DNA of 64,000 bases from an uncultured Gemmatimonadales bacterium (GTDB taxonomy: Bacteria; Gemmatimonadota; Gemmatimonadetes; Longimicrobiales; RSA9). The DNA is taken from positions 1,568,001 to 1,632,000 of the forward strand of contig OY970192.1 of assembly GCA_963708135.1 (NCBI GenBank). Reading direction: 5' to 3'. The notes beneath the pieces are model-generated. The model did no database searches. It was not told the DNA's origin and saw only the letters and a program-made list of their open reading frames with translations. A program made the position numbers and the translations under genes. Shown one piece after another: positions 18,185 to 33,077 of the stretch. How positions within the stretch are numbered: the stretch's first letter is position 1; each line of letters opens with the position of its first letter.

Positions 18185-20295
18185 ATGCTTCCCTCGCCGT
18201 CCAGTACGAAGTCGATGCGCCGGTCTTCGAGGTTCACGGACGACACCCGGACGCGCACCCTATCGCCCAGGCGGAAGTGCCGTCCACGCCGCTCACCGAC
18301 GAGCGCGTACCCCTCCTCGCGGAAGGCGTAGTAGTCGTCCTCGAGCGAGCTGACGTGGACGAGTCCATCGACGAAGAAGTCATCCAGCAGCACGAAGAAG
18401 CCGAAGGACTGGACCCCGCTGATGGTGCCGGGGAAATCGTCGCCGAGGTGGCGCTGCATGAACTCCACCTTCTTCAGGTCGACACTGTCGCGCTCGGCGT
18501 CCACGGCCACCCGCTCGCGCTCGCTCGCGATGCGCGCGATCTCCGGGAGCACGCTTTCGCGGAGGTCCTCCGGGATCGGCGTGCGGTCGATCAGGGCGCG
18601 CGCCGAGAGGCGGTGGATGATGAGATCGGGATAGCGCCTTATCGGAGACGTGAAATGCGTGTAGTCGCGCGCGGCCAGCCCGAAGTGGCCGAGGCTCTCG
18701 GCGCTGTAGCGGGCCTGCTTCATGGAGCGGAGCACCACCGTGGAGACGAGGTTCGCCTCGCGGCGCCCCTGGACCTGCTCGATCACGCGCTGGAGGTCCT
18801 TGGGTCGGATGCTGCCGCGCCGGCCGAGTCGGAGCCCGAGGGAGGCGATGAACTCCTGGAGCTGCTCGAGGCGCACCGCCTCGGGGCGCTCGTGCACCCG
18901 GTAGATGAACGGCAGCTTCCGTTGTGTGGCCATGTGCGCGATGGTCTCGTTGGCGAGCAGCATGAAGTCCTCGATCAGCCGGTGCGCCTCGAGCCGGAGC
19001 ACGCGCTGGATGTCGGTCGGCTCGCCTCGCGTGTTCAGGATGACGCGCGCCTCCGGGAGATCGAAGTCGAGGCTGCCGCGTTCCGCCCGCTGCGCCCGCA
19101 GCGTCCGGCTGAGGGCGAGAAGCGAGCGCAGTGCCTCGTCGGCCTCCGCGGAGACGGAGCCGGCGCCGTCCAGCACGGCCTGGGCATCGTCGTAGGAGAG
19201 GCGGTGGCGGCTGCGGATCACGGCTCGCAGGAGGCGCTTCTCGCGGACGCGTCCCTCCGTGTCCAACGTGAGCAGGAGCGAGAGCGTCAGCCGGTCCTCG
19301 TCCGGACGCAGCGAGCACAGGTCCGCCGACAGGGACTCCGGCAGCATCGGGATGACCCGGTCGACCAGGTAGACGCTGGTGCCGCGGCGCAGCGCTTCGG
19401 CATCCAGTGCCCCGCCCTCCTGCACGTAGTGGGAGACGTCCGCGATGTGCACGCCAACCTCGAAGAGGCCGTCCCCGAGCGGGCGGATCGAGAGGGCGTC
19501 GTCGTGGTCTCTCGCATCGGCCGGGTCGATGGTGAAGACGAGGGTGTCGCGCAGGTCCGTGCGTCCCGCGAGGTCCTGCCGCGTGATCCCGCGCTCGGCC
19601 GCGGCCGCGGCCTCCTCGAGTACGTCCGCGGGGAACGCCACGGGAAGCTCGTGGCCGTAGATGACGGCCAGCACGTCAACGCCGGGCGCGCCCATGGCGC
19701 CCAGCACGCGCTCGACCTCACCGGACGGGCCGAGGTGCTCGTTGCCCCAGCCGGTGACGCGGATGACGACCACGTCCCCGTCCGACGCGCCGCCGTGCTG
19801 TCCCGGCGGGATGAAAACGTCGCGCGCGAGCTTGCGGTCCTCCGGAACCACGAAACCGAAGCTGCGCTCCGCGTGGAAGGTCCCCACGAGGGTCTCCCGC
19901 GCGCGTTGCAGCACCTTGATGACGCGGCCCTCGACACGGGCCCCCCGGCGCCGGCGCTCGATGCGGGCGACGACGCGGTCGCCGTCCATGGCGGTACCGA
20001 GCCCCTCGGCGGGGACGAACAGATCGCCCTTTCCGTCTTCGGGGACCACGAAGCCGGCGCCGCTGCGGATCGTCTGCAGGCGGCCCATGAGCAGGTTGAT
20101 CTTCTCCGGCGCGGCATAGCGCTGCCCCTTCACGCGGTAGAGCACGCCCTGGTCCTCGAGGTCGTGGAGGAGGACCTTGAACTCGTCATAGCGGGCGTTC
20201 GGGACGCCCAGCCCGCGGGCGAGCTCCTTGGCCTTCAGCGGCCGGCCGGCCTCGTTTCGGAGGTAGTCAACGACGTCCTGCGGCGGAACGGGCAT
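18181..20295 (-). CDS. rnr: Ribonuclease R
   Basis: TIDPADARDHDDA catalytic motif, HIADVS, FTSPIRRYPDL and a C-terminal S1 domain. Start trimmed to MPVPPQ. Confidence 0.96.
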   Translation of the reverse strand: MPVPPQDVVDYLRNEAGRPLKAKELARGLGVPNARYDEFKVLLHDLEDQGVLYRVKGQRYAAPEKINLLMGRLQTIRSGAGFVVPEDGKGDLFVPAEGLGTAMDGDRVVARIERRRRGARVEGRVIKVLQRARETLVGTFHAERSFGFVVPEDRKLARDVFIPPGQHGGASDGDVVVIRVTGWGNEHLGPSGEVERVLGAMGAPGVDVLAVIYGHELPVAFPADVLEEAAAAAERGITRQDLAGRTDLRDTLVFTIDPADARDHDDALSIRPLGDGLFEVGVHIADVSHYVQEGGALDAEALRRGTSVYLVDRVIPMLPESLSADLCSLRPDEDRLTLSLLLTLDTEGRVREKRLLRAVIRSRHRLSYDDAQAVLDGAGSVSAEADEALRSLLALSRTLRAQRAERGSLDFDLPEARVILNTRGEPTDIQRVLRLEAHRLIEDFMLLANETIAHMATQRKLPFIYRVHERPEAVRLEQLQEFIASLGLRLGRRGSIRPKDLQRVIEQVQGRREANLVSTVVLRSMKQARYSAESLGHFGLAARDYTHFTSPIRRYPDLIIHRLSARALIDRTPIPEDLRESVLPEIARIASERERVAVDAERDSVDLKKVEFMQRHLGDDFPGTISGVQSFGFFVLLDDFFVDGLVHVSSLEDDYYAFREEGYALVGERRGRHFRLGDRVRVRVSSVNLEDRRIDFVLDGEGSI

Positions 20296-20297
20296 GG

Positions 20298-21233
20298 TCA
20301 CCTTTCGGGCCACGGAACAAGAACCTCCGCGGTGTATCGGAACCCCGGACCGAGCGGCTCGAAGCCGTGCTCGATGCGAATTCTGGGGGCGGTGGGCTGC
20401 GCGGCGCGGATGCGTGCGGAGATGAAGCCATCCACCGCGCTCAGCACGTGGTTGGCAAGGATCAGACCGAGAACCCGCGAGGCGGCGCGGAAATGGTCGT
20501 CGCCCCGGTGGATCAGCTCGCCGAAGCTGCGTTGCTCGAGGAGGTTGTCCCCCCACGCCCACGCATAGCCGGCGGGGATGGCGTTGGCCTCGTAGTAGGC
20601 GAGAGCCTGCTGGTACTGGATCGAGCCGGGCGGACGCGCCACATCCCCGAAAAAGAGCCGCTTCGCCAGCAGCCACTGCTGGCCGTTGAAGGTGGTCGTG
20701 TCGGTTTCCGGGTCGATCCCGGGCTGCCGCGGGTCCGCGTCGTAGCTGCCGCTGGCCGGCCAGTGCTCGATGGTCTCGTAGTACTCGAAGACCGAATCGT
20801 GGCGCACCCCCACGCTCACCCGACGGGCCACCTTCCACGCCAGGTCTCGGTACTGCCGCTCGAAGCTGCGGCCTGCGCGCCGGTGGCGCCGGTACTCCCA
20901 CCAGCCGAACAGCTCGCCGGCGAGGTACGGCACCCAGCGGTCCTGCGAGAGCAGGTACTGGCCGGCGCCCGGGACGAGCGCCGAGGCCAGGAACGCCGCC
21001 GGGGCGAGCGCGCCCGGGGGGAGCCGGCGCCCGAGCAGGCGTGGCGCGGACAGGGAGTCCGGCGCGGGGAACGCCCGCTCGCCGGGCGCCGCGCGGAGGG
21101 CGGAAAGGCCCGCGGGCGGGGCAGGCTCCGGGATGCGTGGCACGGAACGGCGCACCTGCCCCTGGGCCGAGGCGGCCAGCGCGAGCATGGCGAGCGTGCC
21201 CGCCAGCGGGGCGACGGGGCGCACCGCTCTCAT
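20298..21233 (-). CDS. Hypothetical exported/membrane protein (SALVPGAGQ motif, possibly DUF5683-like)
   Basis: Signal-peptide-like N-terminus (LAMLALAASAQG) and normal protein composition from ATG 21233. Family assignment is tentative. Confidence 0.7.
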   Translation of the reverse strand: MRAVRPVAPLAGTLAMLALAASAQGQVRRSVPRIPEPAPPAGLSALRAAPGERAFPAPDSLSAPRLLGRRLPPGALAPAAFLASALVPGAGQYLLSQDRWVPYLAGELFGWWEYRRHRRAGRSFERQYRDLAWKVARRVSVGVRHDSVFEYYETIEHWPASGSYDADPRQPGIDPETDTTTFNGQQWLLAKRLFFGDVARPPGSIQYQQALAYYEANAIPAGYAWAWGDNLLEQRSFGELIHRGDDHFRAASRVLGLILANHVLSAVDGFISARIRAAQPTAPRIRIEHGFEPLGPGFRYTAEVLVPWPER

Positions 21234-21403
21234 GCCGGCCCCTAGCGAGCCGTATCCGGAGTTGCAATGGGATCCGAGCACGGCCGGGCAGGAGGCGCCG
21301 CGTTGCTCGTCGTCGCCATTGCGCTGCCCTTCCTCCCCTCCGCGCCTTGTGGCTCGCGCGCCTGCGCGCTCTCGGTGCTCACCGCACTGCGGGAAGGGCG
21401 CAC

Positions 21404-22399
21404 CTAGAACTCGATGCCGAAAGAGAGGTGTGGCGGCGCGCCCTGCGGCTCCAGCGGCGTGCTGCTGAACGACTTCGCGACGGCGAGAGTGAAGCGGTCG
21501 TACCTGAATCCGACTCCCATCGCCAGCCCCGGATCGACAGAGCCCGGAGCTCCGTTGTAGCCCATGCGGAGGAAGATCGCGTTGGCGACCGAGAACTCGG
21601 CACCCGCCGAAAGAATGTTCGGCCGCGGCGCCGGCGCCTGCGCCTCGACCTGCGCGCTCAACCGTAGCGCCAGGATGGTGTCGGGGTGCACGAGGTGCAG
21701 GACCTCGTACGCGGCGCCCAGGCGCAGTCGGTGCGGCGGTCCATCCGACTGCTCGTAGTTGACGAACTGGAGTGGCAGCCCCGCGTTGACGAGCGATGCG
21801 CCGAGCTCGAGGCCGGGCACCTGCGGCGGCCGGACCTGGATCCCGACGTCGAAGAGCTGTGTCGCCCCCGTGGGCAGGTCGGAGCACGAGCCGCAGGAGG
21901 TCGCGAAGATGAAGAGCTTGTAGCTGATCCCGGCATCGATCGCGCCGCCGAGCGAGGTGGCGAAGGATGCGTACACGGTGTGGGCCTGCAGGTAGAGCGT
22001 TCCAAGGGAGCCGGCCGGGCCCTGCGTGATCTCCGTCGAGCCCTCGTCGTCCAGCTCGTACGTGAGCCCCAGCGTGCCGATCCCCTTCGGGTGCAGGAGC
22101 AGCGAAAGACCGTTCAGCTGCCCGTCCACCTCGTCGCGGTGGTGGATCGAGAACTGCGCGCGGCTGAGCTCCGCCAGGCCCGCGGGATTCGAGAAGACGG
22201 CCTCCGGTCCACCCAGCGCCACGGTCGAGCGCCCGAGGGCGACGGAGACGGCGCCGATCGGGAGCAGCACCTCGTAGCAGCACTGGCTCGAGGCTACGGG
22301 CTGCTGCGCCCGGACGCGGGCGGCTGCGAGGAGCCCGAGCGCGCCGGCCAGCAGCACCACTCCGGCACGGTACCCATCCGCGGGAGCACGACGGCTCAC
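21404..22399 (-). CDS. PorV/PorQ-like (FadL-fold) outer membrane beta-barrel
   Basis: Signal peptide, then GAVSVALG...AVFSNPAGLAEL, alternating beta strands, and terminal FGIEF. Confidence 0.75.
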   Translation of the reverse strand: MSRRAPADGYRAGVVLLAGALGLLAAARVRAQQPVASSQCCYEVLLPIGAVSVALGRSTVALGGPEAVFSNPAGLAELSRAQFSIHHRDEVDGQLNGLSLLLHPKGIGTLGLTYELDDEGSTEITQGPAGSLGTLYLQAHTVYASFATSLGGAIDAGISYKLFIFATSCGSCSDLPTGATQLFDVGIQVRPPQVPGLELGASLVNAGLPLQFVNYEQSDGPPHRLRLGAAYEVLHLVHPDTILALRLSAQVEAQAPAPRPNILSAGAEFSVANAIFLRMGYNGAPGSVDPGLAMGVGFRYDRFTLAVAKSFSSTPLEPQGAPPHLSFGIEF

Positions 22400-22409
22400 G
22401 AGAGCTCGC

Positions 22410-22574
22410 TCAGAGCGGCTGGGCTTCGTCGATGAGCATGACCGGAATATCGTCCTTCACCGGATAGCGCAGGCGACACTCGTGACAGACCAGCTCGTTC
22501 TCCTCGCGCCGGTACTCCAGCTCGCCCTTGCACTTCGGGCAGACCAGGATCTCCAGCAGCTCGGCGTCCAGCAT
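22410..22574 (-). CDS. Trm112/YcaR-family protein
   Basis: [14 protein letters not shown]...[20 protein letters not shown], with a GGAGGAG SD upstream. Confidence 0.92.
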   Translation of the reverse strand: MLDAELLEILVCPKCKGELEYRREENELVCHECRLRYPVKDDIPVMLIDEAQPL

Positions 22575-22612
22575 GGTGCTCCTCCTCCGCCACCCGCCCG
22601 CGGCGGCGCGGC

Positions 22613-23554
22613 TCAACGATCGTCCCGCGCCGGCCGCTCCGCCGGCACCGGGTAACCCAGGTGACGCAGGGCGCCGCGCTTGCGCCGCCACCCCGCCATC
22701 GTCTTTACCCAGAGATCCAGATAAACCCGCGTCCCGAGAAACGTCTCGATCTTCACCCGCGCGAGCGAGCCGAGCTCCCGGATCCGCGCCCCTCCCTTGC
22801 CCAGCAGGATCCCCTTCTGGCTGTCCCGCTCGACGTAGATCGTCGCCCGGATGTAGACGGGCTCCTCCGCTTCCCGGAACTCCTCCACCCGCACCACGGT
22901 GGAATACGGAACCTCCTGCTCGTACATCTCGAAGATGGTCTCGCGCACGAACTCGGCGACGAAGAAGCGCACCGGCTGCACCGCCACGTCGTCCGGCGGA
23001 TAGAAGAAGGGCGAGGCCGGCAGCCTCGCGGCCAGCGCCTCCTTCAGCGCCTCGAGCCCGGTGCCCTGCGCCGCCGAGACCCGGTGCGGCTCGAGCCCGA
23101 GCGAGGCGCGACTCCAGGCCACCAGCGCCTCCACGGCCGCCCGCTTTGCCCGGTCCACCTTGTTGACCGCCACGGTGAGGGCATCCCGCCGCGACCTCAG
23201 GAGCTCCAGCGCTTCGCCCTCCGGCCGCTGCCCCGGACGCAAGCCGTCCAGCAGCAGAAGCACCTCGTCCGCATCCCGCGCTGCCGCCAGCGCGGTCTCG
23301 AGCATGGACTGTTGCAGGAGGTACTCGGGCTCGAGAAGCCCCGGGGTGTCGACGAAGATGACCTGGACCGCCTCCGTCGTGTAGATCCCGAATACGCGAT
23401 CCCGCGTGGTCTGTGCCCGCGCGGTCACGATGCTCAGCACCTCGCCCGTGAGCGCGTTCAGCAGGGTGGACTTGCCCACGTTGGGCCGGCCCACGAGGGC
23501 GACGTAGCCAGCCTTCGTCTCCACGCCCCCCACGCTTCCGTCCGGGGCCATCAT
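22613..23554 (-). CDS. era: GTPase Era
   Basis: [20 protein letters not shown] and a KH domain ([15 protein letters not shown]). Confidence 0.96.
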   Translation of the reverse strand: MMAPDGSVGGVETKAGYVALVGRPNVGKSTLLNALTGEVLSIVTARAQTTRDRVFGIYTTEAVQVIFVDTPGLLEPEYLLQQSMLETALAAARDADEVLLLLDGLRPGQRPEGEALELLRSRRDALTVAVNKVDRAKRAAVEALVAWSRASLGLEPHRVSAAQGTGLEALKEALAARLPASPFFYPPDDVAVQPVRFFVAEFVRETIFEMYEQEVPYSTVVRVEEFREAEEPVYIRATIYVERDSQKGILLGKGGARIRELGSLARVKIETFLGTRVYLDLWVKTMAGWRRKRGALRHLGYPVPAERPARDDR

Positions 23555-23585
23555 GCGGCAAATGTAGATGGCTCCGGCGGTTGTG

Positions 23586-23614
23586 AAAAGGCCCGGCGAC
23601 GGCCTCCCGCCGGG
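23586..23614 (-). terminator. Putative intrinsic terminator downstream of the rRNA operon
   Basis: Minus strand CCCGGCG-loop-CGCCGGG followed by CCTTTT. A second strong hairpin (CAGAGCCCCGG...CCGGGGCTCTG, ~23734-23774) sits right after the 5S. Confidence 0.55.
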
Positions 23615-23783
23615 TTCGCGGGCTCCGCCGGAGGCTCCGCACGCGTTCCGGTGCGCCGGACTTCCCGCACCGGCTGGTGGCGAGGCGGGCCGCCAGGGAG
23701 CGGCCGGGCAGGGGCGGTGGGGCCAGGATGCGTCAGAGCCCCGGCGCGCCAGTGTTGGGGCGTCCGGGGCTCTGGAAGGTGAG

Positions 23784-23899
23784 GCCGGCGACGACGTACT
23801 CTCCCACCCGGTCTCCCGGGCAGTACCATCCGCGCGGCGGGGCTTAACGACCGTGTTCGGGATGGGAACGGGTGTGACCCCCGCGCCATTGCCGCCGAC
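23784..23899 (-). rRNA. rrf: 5S rRNA
   Basis: CACCCGTTCCCATCCCGAACACGG..GTTAAGC..GATGGTACTG..GGGAGAGTA on the minus strand. Ends approximate. Confidence 0.96.
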
Positions 23900-23976
23900 C
23901 CGAGGCTTCGGGTCGAGCGGGTCTCGTAGTGCGCCCGGCGTGTGTGCCGAGCTGCAGCGCTCAAGTCCAACAGGAA

Positions 23977-26977
<3,001 letters not shown>

Positions 26978-27099
26978 TGTTCCTCTCGGCCCCCACCAGC
27001 AGACACCCCCGCAGGAGCACCCGCCAGCTCGGCCAAAAACAACGGCCACACCTCGGCAACACACCTCTCAGCGCTCTACAAGACCCTCTCAACCCAAAT

Positions 27100-27111
27100 T
27101 GTCAAACAGCG
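27100..27111 (-). promoter_or_regulatory. Spacer boxA antitermination element
   Basis: CGCTGTTTGACA, nearly identical to the leader copy. Confidence 0.65.
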
Positions 27112-27224
27112 TTTGCGCGCGCGGAGCGCGCGAAGCCGAAAAGAAAGATCGAGGCGGGTGATTGGGTGGGCGACCTGTGAGCGGTTTTCGGCGACCCTGT
27201 GAGGGGTGCTTACTCGCCGGCTCC

Positions 27225-28785
<1,561 letters not shown>

Positions 28786-28908
28786 AAAGTTCGAACAGCT
28801 CTCAGTCGAACGTCGTCTGTACAACGTTCGGAATTACCTTAGTTCCCCAAAGAAAGCCGGAGAGAAGCCATGCTCCCCGGCGGGGCCACTCAATCACCCG
28901 ACCTCGAT

Positions 28909-28920
28909 TTTCAAACAGCA
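28909..28920 (-). promoter_or_regulatory. Leader boxA antitermination element
   Basis: TGCTGTTTGAAA between the promoter and the 16S processing stem. Confidence 0.65.
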
Positions 28921-28957
28921 AAGCAGGGCCGGACCTGGGGTCCGGCGCAAGAGGCGG

Positions 28958-28986
28958 AAGGTAGCCAACAAGTGTTTCCGCGTCAA
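28958..28986 (-). promoter_or_regulatory. rRNA operon sigma70 promoter
   Basis: TTGACG-17 bp-TACCTT followed by a GC-rich discriminator. Confidence 0.7.
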
Positions 28987-29029
28987 GGCCCGATCGCGCT
29001 CCATCACGCGCGTCGGGGGGTCCTGTCAG

Positions 29030-29102
<73 letters not shown>

Positions 29103-29122
29103 GTCCAACGGGTCCAGCGAGG

Positions 29123-29197
29123 GGTGAGCGACCGGGATCGAACCGGCGACCTCCAGGGCCACAACCTGGCGCTCTAACCACCTGAGCTACGCCCACC
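29123..29197 (-). tRNA. tRNA-His(GTG)
   Basis: CCAGG-TT GTG GC-CCTGG anticodon arm, GGTTCGATCCC, encoded G-1 and C discriminator. Confidence 0.95.
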
Positions 29198-29232
29198 ACG
29201 AAAAGAGCCCGGCGATGCGATCGACCGGAGAG

Positions 29233-29307
29233 CGCGCCCGATAGGATTCGAACCTATGACCCGCGGCTTAGAAGGCCGCTGCTCTATCCGGGCTGAGCTA
29301 CGGGCGC
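29233..29307 (-). tRNA. tRNA-Arg(TCT)
   Basis: GCGGC-CT TCT AA-GCCGC anticodon arm and GGTTCGAATCC. Confidence 0.95.
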
Positions 29308-29370
29308 AAAGGCGATCCTCGGGACCCTCCCCGGGGGATCGGCGTCCCGTCGGCAAGCGTGGGACGCCAG

Positions 29371-29444
29371 TCGGGGCGCTCGGATTTGAACCGAGGACCT
29401 CCTGCTCCCAAAGCAGGCGCGCTACCGGGCTGCGCCACGCCCCG
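29371..29444 (-). tRNA. tRNA-Pro(TGG)
   Basis: CGGGGCG acceptor, CCTGC-TT TGG GA-GCAGG and GGTTCAAATCC. Confidence 0.95.
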
Positions 29445-29457
29445 CCGGGAGCAGAGT

Positions 29458-29486
29458 ATAGTAACGGGAGCCCCTCAGGGGGTCAA
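29458..29486 (-). promoter_or_regulatory. sigma70 promoter of the tRNA cluster
   Basis: TTGACC-17 bp-TACTAT, 13 nt upstream of tRNA-Pro. Confidence 0.7.
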
Positions 29487-29662
29487 GGCCTGGAAGGGGG
29501 TGCCGGGCGGGCCCGCAGAGGCGCGAAAAGGCAGTGCCGGGAGGGTGCTCACGACCGTGGCGGAAGCGGCGCGGAAGCCGAGCGGTCGAGGGGGCCGAGG
29601 CGGGCGTTTGGTCGCCGAGACCGCCGCCGGCACGAGAGACTCCGAGCGCCTCGCGGCAGCCC

Positions 29663-30289
29663 TCAGGCGGCGAAGGCGGCGAGCGAATGGGCGAGGGCCC
29701 GGAAGGCACGGGCGCGGTGGCTCATGCGCCGCTTCACGGCCGGGTCGAGCTCCCCGAAGGTGCGGCCGAGCTCCGGGATCTCGAAGAGCGGGTCGTAGCC
29801 GAAGCCGCCGCTGCCGCGACGCTCGGGCGCGATGCGGCCGGGGCAGGTGCCGAGGGCGACGAGGGGAGGCGCGCCGGAGAGGAGTGCGGCGGCAGCGCAG
29901 ACGTAGCGGGCGCCGCGCCGTGGGTCGGGAAGGCCGTCGAGGCGCTCGAGGAGGAGGTCGTTGTTGGCCTCATCGAGCTCGCGGCCGTGGAGGTCCTCGC
30001 GGCCGGAGAAGCGTTTGGTGCGGACGCCGGGGCCGCCGCCGAGGGCATCCACCTCGAGGCCGGAATCGTCCGCGAGGGCGGGCATGCCGGCGCGCTCGGC
30101 GAAGAAGCGGGCCTTGGCGAGGGCATTGGCCCGGAAGGTGTCGAACAGCTCGACGGCCTCCTCTTCCGGCATGGGCGAGAGGCCGACCTCCTCAGGAGTG
30201 AGGAGGCGGATGTCCGCGCCGGCGAGGATGTCGCGGATCTCGCGGGCCTTGTGGGGGCTGCGGGTGGCGAGGAGGAGGCGGGCGCTCAT
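29663..30289 (-). CDS. rdgB: Non-canonical purine NTP pyrophosphatase (RdgB/HAM1)
   Basis: LADDSGL.VDAL.G.PGV, GFGYDPLF and SHR. Confidence 0.95.
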   Translation of the reverse strand: MSARLLLATRSPHKAREIRDILAGADIRLLTPEEVGLSPMPEEEAVELFDTFRANALAKARFFAERAGMPALADDSGLEVDALGGGPGVRTKRFSGREDLHGRELDEANNDLLLERLDGLPDPRRGARYVCAAAALLSGAPPLVALGTCPGRIAPERRGSGGFGYDPLFEIPELGRTFGELDPAVKRRMSHRARAFRALAHSLAAFAA

Positions 30290-30329
30290 CGTGGGAGCAG
30301 CCCGCGGGCCACGGGGGTGGCGCGGCGGC

Positions 30330-31045
<716 letters not shown>

Positions 31046-31049
<4 letters not shown>

Positions 31050-31555
31050 GAGGGGTCCTCCAGGATGCGGTGCATGAGGGCGGTGGTCGAGCGTCCCTCG
31101 AGATAGGGGAGCAGCACGAGCCGCCCGCCGGCGGCCTCGACCTCCTCGCGTCCGACGACCTCGTCGGGCGCGTAATCACCGCCCTTGACGAGGATGTCCG
31201 GGAGGAGGTCGGCGATGAGCCCCCGCGGCGTGTCCTCCTCGAAGAGGGTGACGGCATCCACGGCAGCGAGCGCGGCGAGCACGACGGCCCGGTCTTCGGC
31301 GGGGACCAGCGGCCTGCCGGGTCCCTTGAGCCGGCGCACGGAGGCATCGGTGTTGACGCCGACGACGAGAGCGTCACCGAGGGCGCGGGCGGCGTGGAGA
31401 TACGCGACGTGGCCGCGGTGCAGAAGGTCGAAGCAGCCGTTGGTGAAGACGAGCGTCCCCCGGCGCGGGCGGCCCCAGCGCTCGAGCAGCGCGGCGCGGG
31501 AGAGGAGCTTCGATTCCGGTGGGACGGGTGCTCCGCCGGGGGACCCGGTGCTCAC
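31046..31555 (-). CDS. rfaE2: D-glycero-beta-D-manno-heptose 1-phosphate adenylyltransferase
   Basis: [24 protein letters not shown] and KGGDY. GTG start overlaps the hemC stop. Confidence 0.92.
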
Positions 31556-32535
31556 GGGGCCGGGTGCGCGGGGAGCGCGCCGTCCCGGGCCGCGGCGCGC
31601 ACGACGGCGAGGATGGCGTCGGCGCCGCGCTCGAGGAGCCGTGCGGCGAGCGCGACGCCCAGGGCGTCGGCGTCGGCCGGCTGCCCGGCGATGCTGCCGC
31701 GCAGGAGCTCCGTGCCGTCGAGGGAGGCGACGAAAGCGTCGAGGGCGAGGCGGTCGCCGTCGATGCGGGCGAGGGCGCCGATCGGGACCTGGCACCCTCC
31801 CTCGAGGCTGCGCAGGAGCGCGCGCTCGGCCGTGGTGGCGGCGCGGGTCTCGGGGTGCTCGAGGCCGGCGACGAGGGCGGCGGTGGCATCGTCGCCTGCG
31901 CGGATGGCGACCCCGAGGGCGCCCTGCCCCACCGCGGGCAGCCAGCGCGGCGGGGAGAGGCGCTCGGTGACGGCGTCCTCGAGGCCGAGGCGGCGCAGGC
32001 CGGCCAGTGCGAGGAGGACGGCATCGTAGCGTCCGTCGCGGAGCCGCTGGACGCGGGTGTCGAGGTTGCCGCGCAGGTCCTCGACGCGGAGGTCCGGGCG
32101 CAGGTGGAGCAGCTGGGCGCGCCGGCGGAGGGAGCTGGTGCCGACGGTGGCGCCTGCGGGGAGGTCGGTGAGGCCGACGTCGCCGGAGGCGAGCAGGGCA
32201 TCGCGCGGGTCCTCGCGCTCGAGGACGGCGCCGAGCGCGAGGCCGTCGGCGAGGCGGGTGGGTACGTCCTTCAGGGAATGGACGGCGAGGTCGATCTCGG
32301 CGTCGACCATGGCGCGGTCGATCTCGCGCGTGAAGAGGCCCTTGTCGCCGATGCGGGAGAGGGGCACGTCGGTTATGCGGTCCCCGGTGGTGCGCAGGAT
32401 GACGATCTCGACCTGGAGACCGGCGTGGGCCTCCTCGAGGCGGGCCTTGACGTGCCGTGCCTGCCAGAGGGCGAGCGCGCTGCCGCGGGAGCCGAGGCGG
32501 AGCGAGTTGGCGGCGGTGCCGCGGCCGGTCACCAT
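31552..32535 (-). CDS. hemC: Hydroxymethylbilane synthase
   Basis: [33 protein letters not shown] and LEGGCQVP. Confidence 0.96.
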   Translation of the reverse strand: MVTGRGTAANSLRLGSRGSALALWQARHVKARLEEAHAGLQVEIVILRTTGDRITDVPLSRIGDKGLFTREIDRAMVDAEIDLAVHSLKDVPTRLADGLALGAVLEREDPRDALLASGDVGLTDLPAGATVGTSSLRRRAQLLHLRPDLRVEDLRGNLDTRVQRLRDGRYDAVLLALAGLRRLGLEDAVTERLSPPRWLPAVGQGALGVAIRAGDDATAALVAGLEHPETRAATTAERALLRSLEGGCQVPIGALARIDGDRLALDAFVASLDGTELLRGSIAGQPADADALGVALAARLLERGADAILAVVRAAARDGALPAHPAP

Positions 32536-33077
32536 TGGGACTGGGCTCCATCGATCATCTGCTGGACGAGGTCGGCGACTGCGACCTTGCGGCCGACGGA
32601 GTCGTCCTGCTTGTCAGGCTGGTAGTCGCCCTTGCCGACGAGGCTGGAGGACTCCCAGAGGACAACGTTGCGCTTCGTGTCGATGATCTGAACGGACACG
32701 GCGATCTGCACCTGGTTCTGTACGACCTGCGGCGTCTGGCTCGAGGTGGCCGAGCCGGCGCGGTAGTTCTGGGCGGAGTCATCGTAGCGGACGACCTTGC
32801 CGCGGATGACGGCGTCGGCGACCTGCTCGCCGCCGGGCTTGACGCCGAGCGCCCGCGGGACGCGGTCCATCATCGCCTGGAACAGCTCGGTGGAGACCTG
32901 GAACTGCGGGGTCTCGTTGTCGAAGGGCGCGATATAGACGGTGCGCACGCTGGCGGGGAACCCGCCGCCGCCGCGGAACCCGTAGTTGCAGCCGGCGGCG
33001 GCGAGAAGCGCCAGCGTGGCGAGCAGGCTAATTCCCGCCCGGCGTCCAGATGGCGGACGGAAAGGCATCGACTTCAT
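32529..33077 (-). CDS. lptE: LptE-family LPS assembly lipoprotein
   Basis: Lipobox [21 protein letters not shown] and ADAVIRGKV. Typical LptE-family layout. Confidence 0.75.
   Translation of the reverse strand: MKSMPFRPPSGRRAGISLLATLALLAAAGCNYGFRGGGGFPASVRTVYIAPFDNETPQFQVSTELFQAMMDRVPRALGVKPGGEQVADAVIRGKVVRYDDSAQNYRAGSATSSQTPQVVQNQVQIAVSVQIIDTKRNVVLWESSSLVGKGDYQPDKQDDSVGRKVAVADLVQQMIDGAQSQW

Noticed and set aside
21234..21403. 170-bp gap as a small ORF or structured RNA
   Set aside because: No convincing start, SD, codon pattern or recognisable RNA motif.
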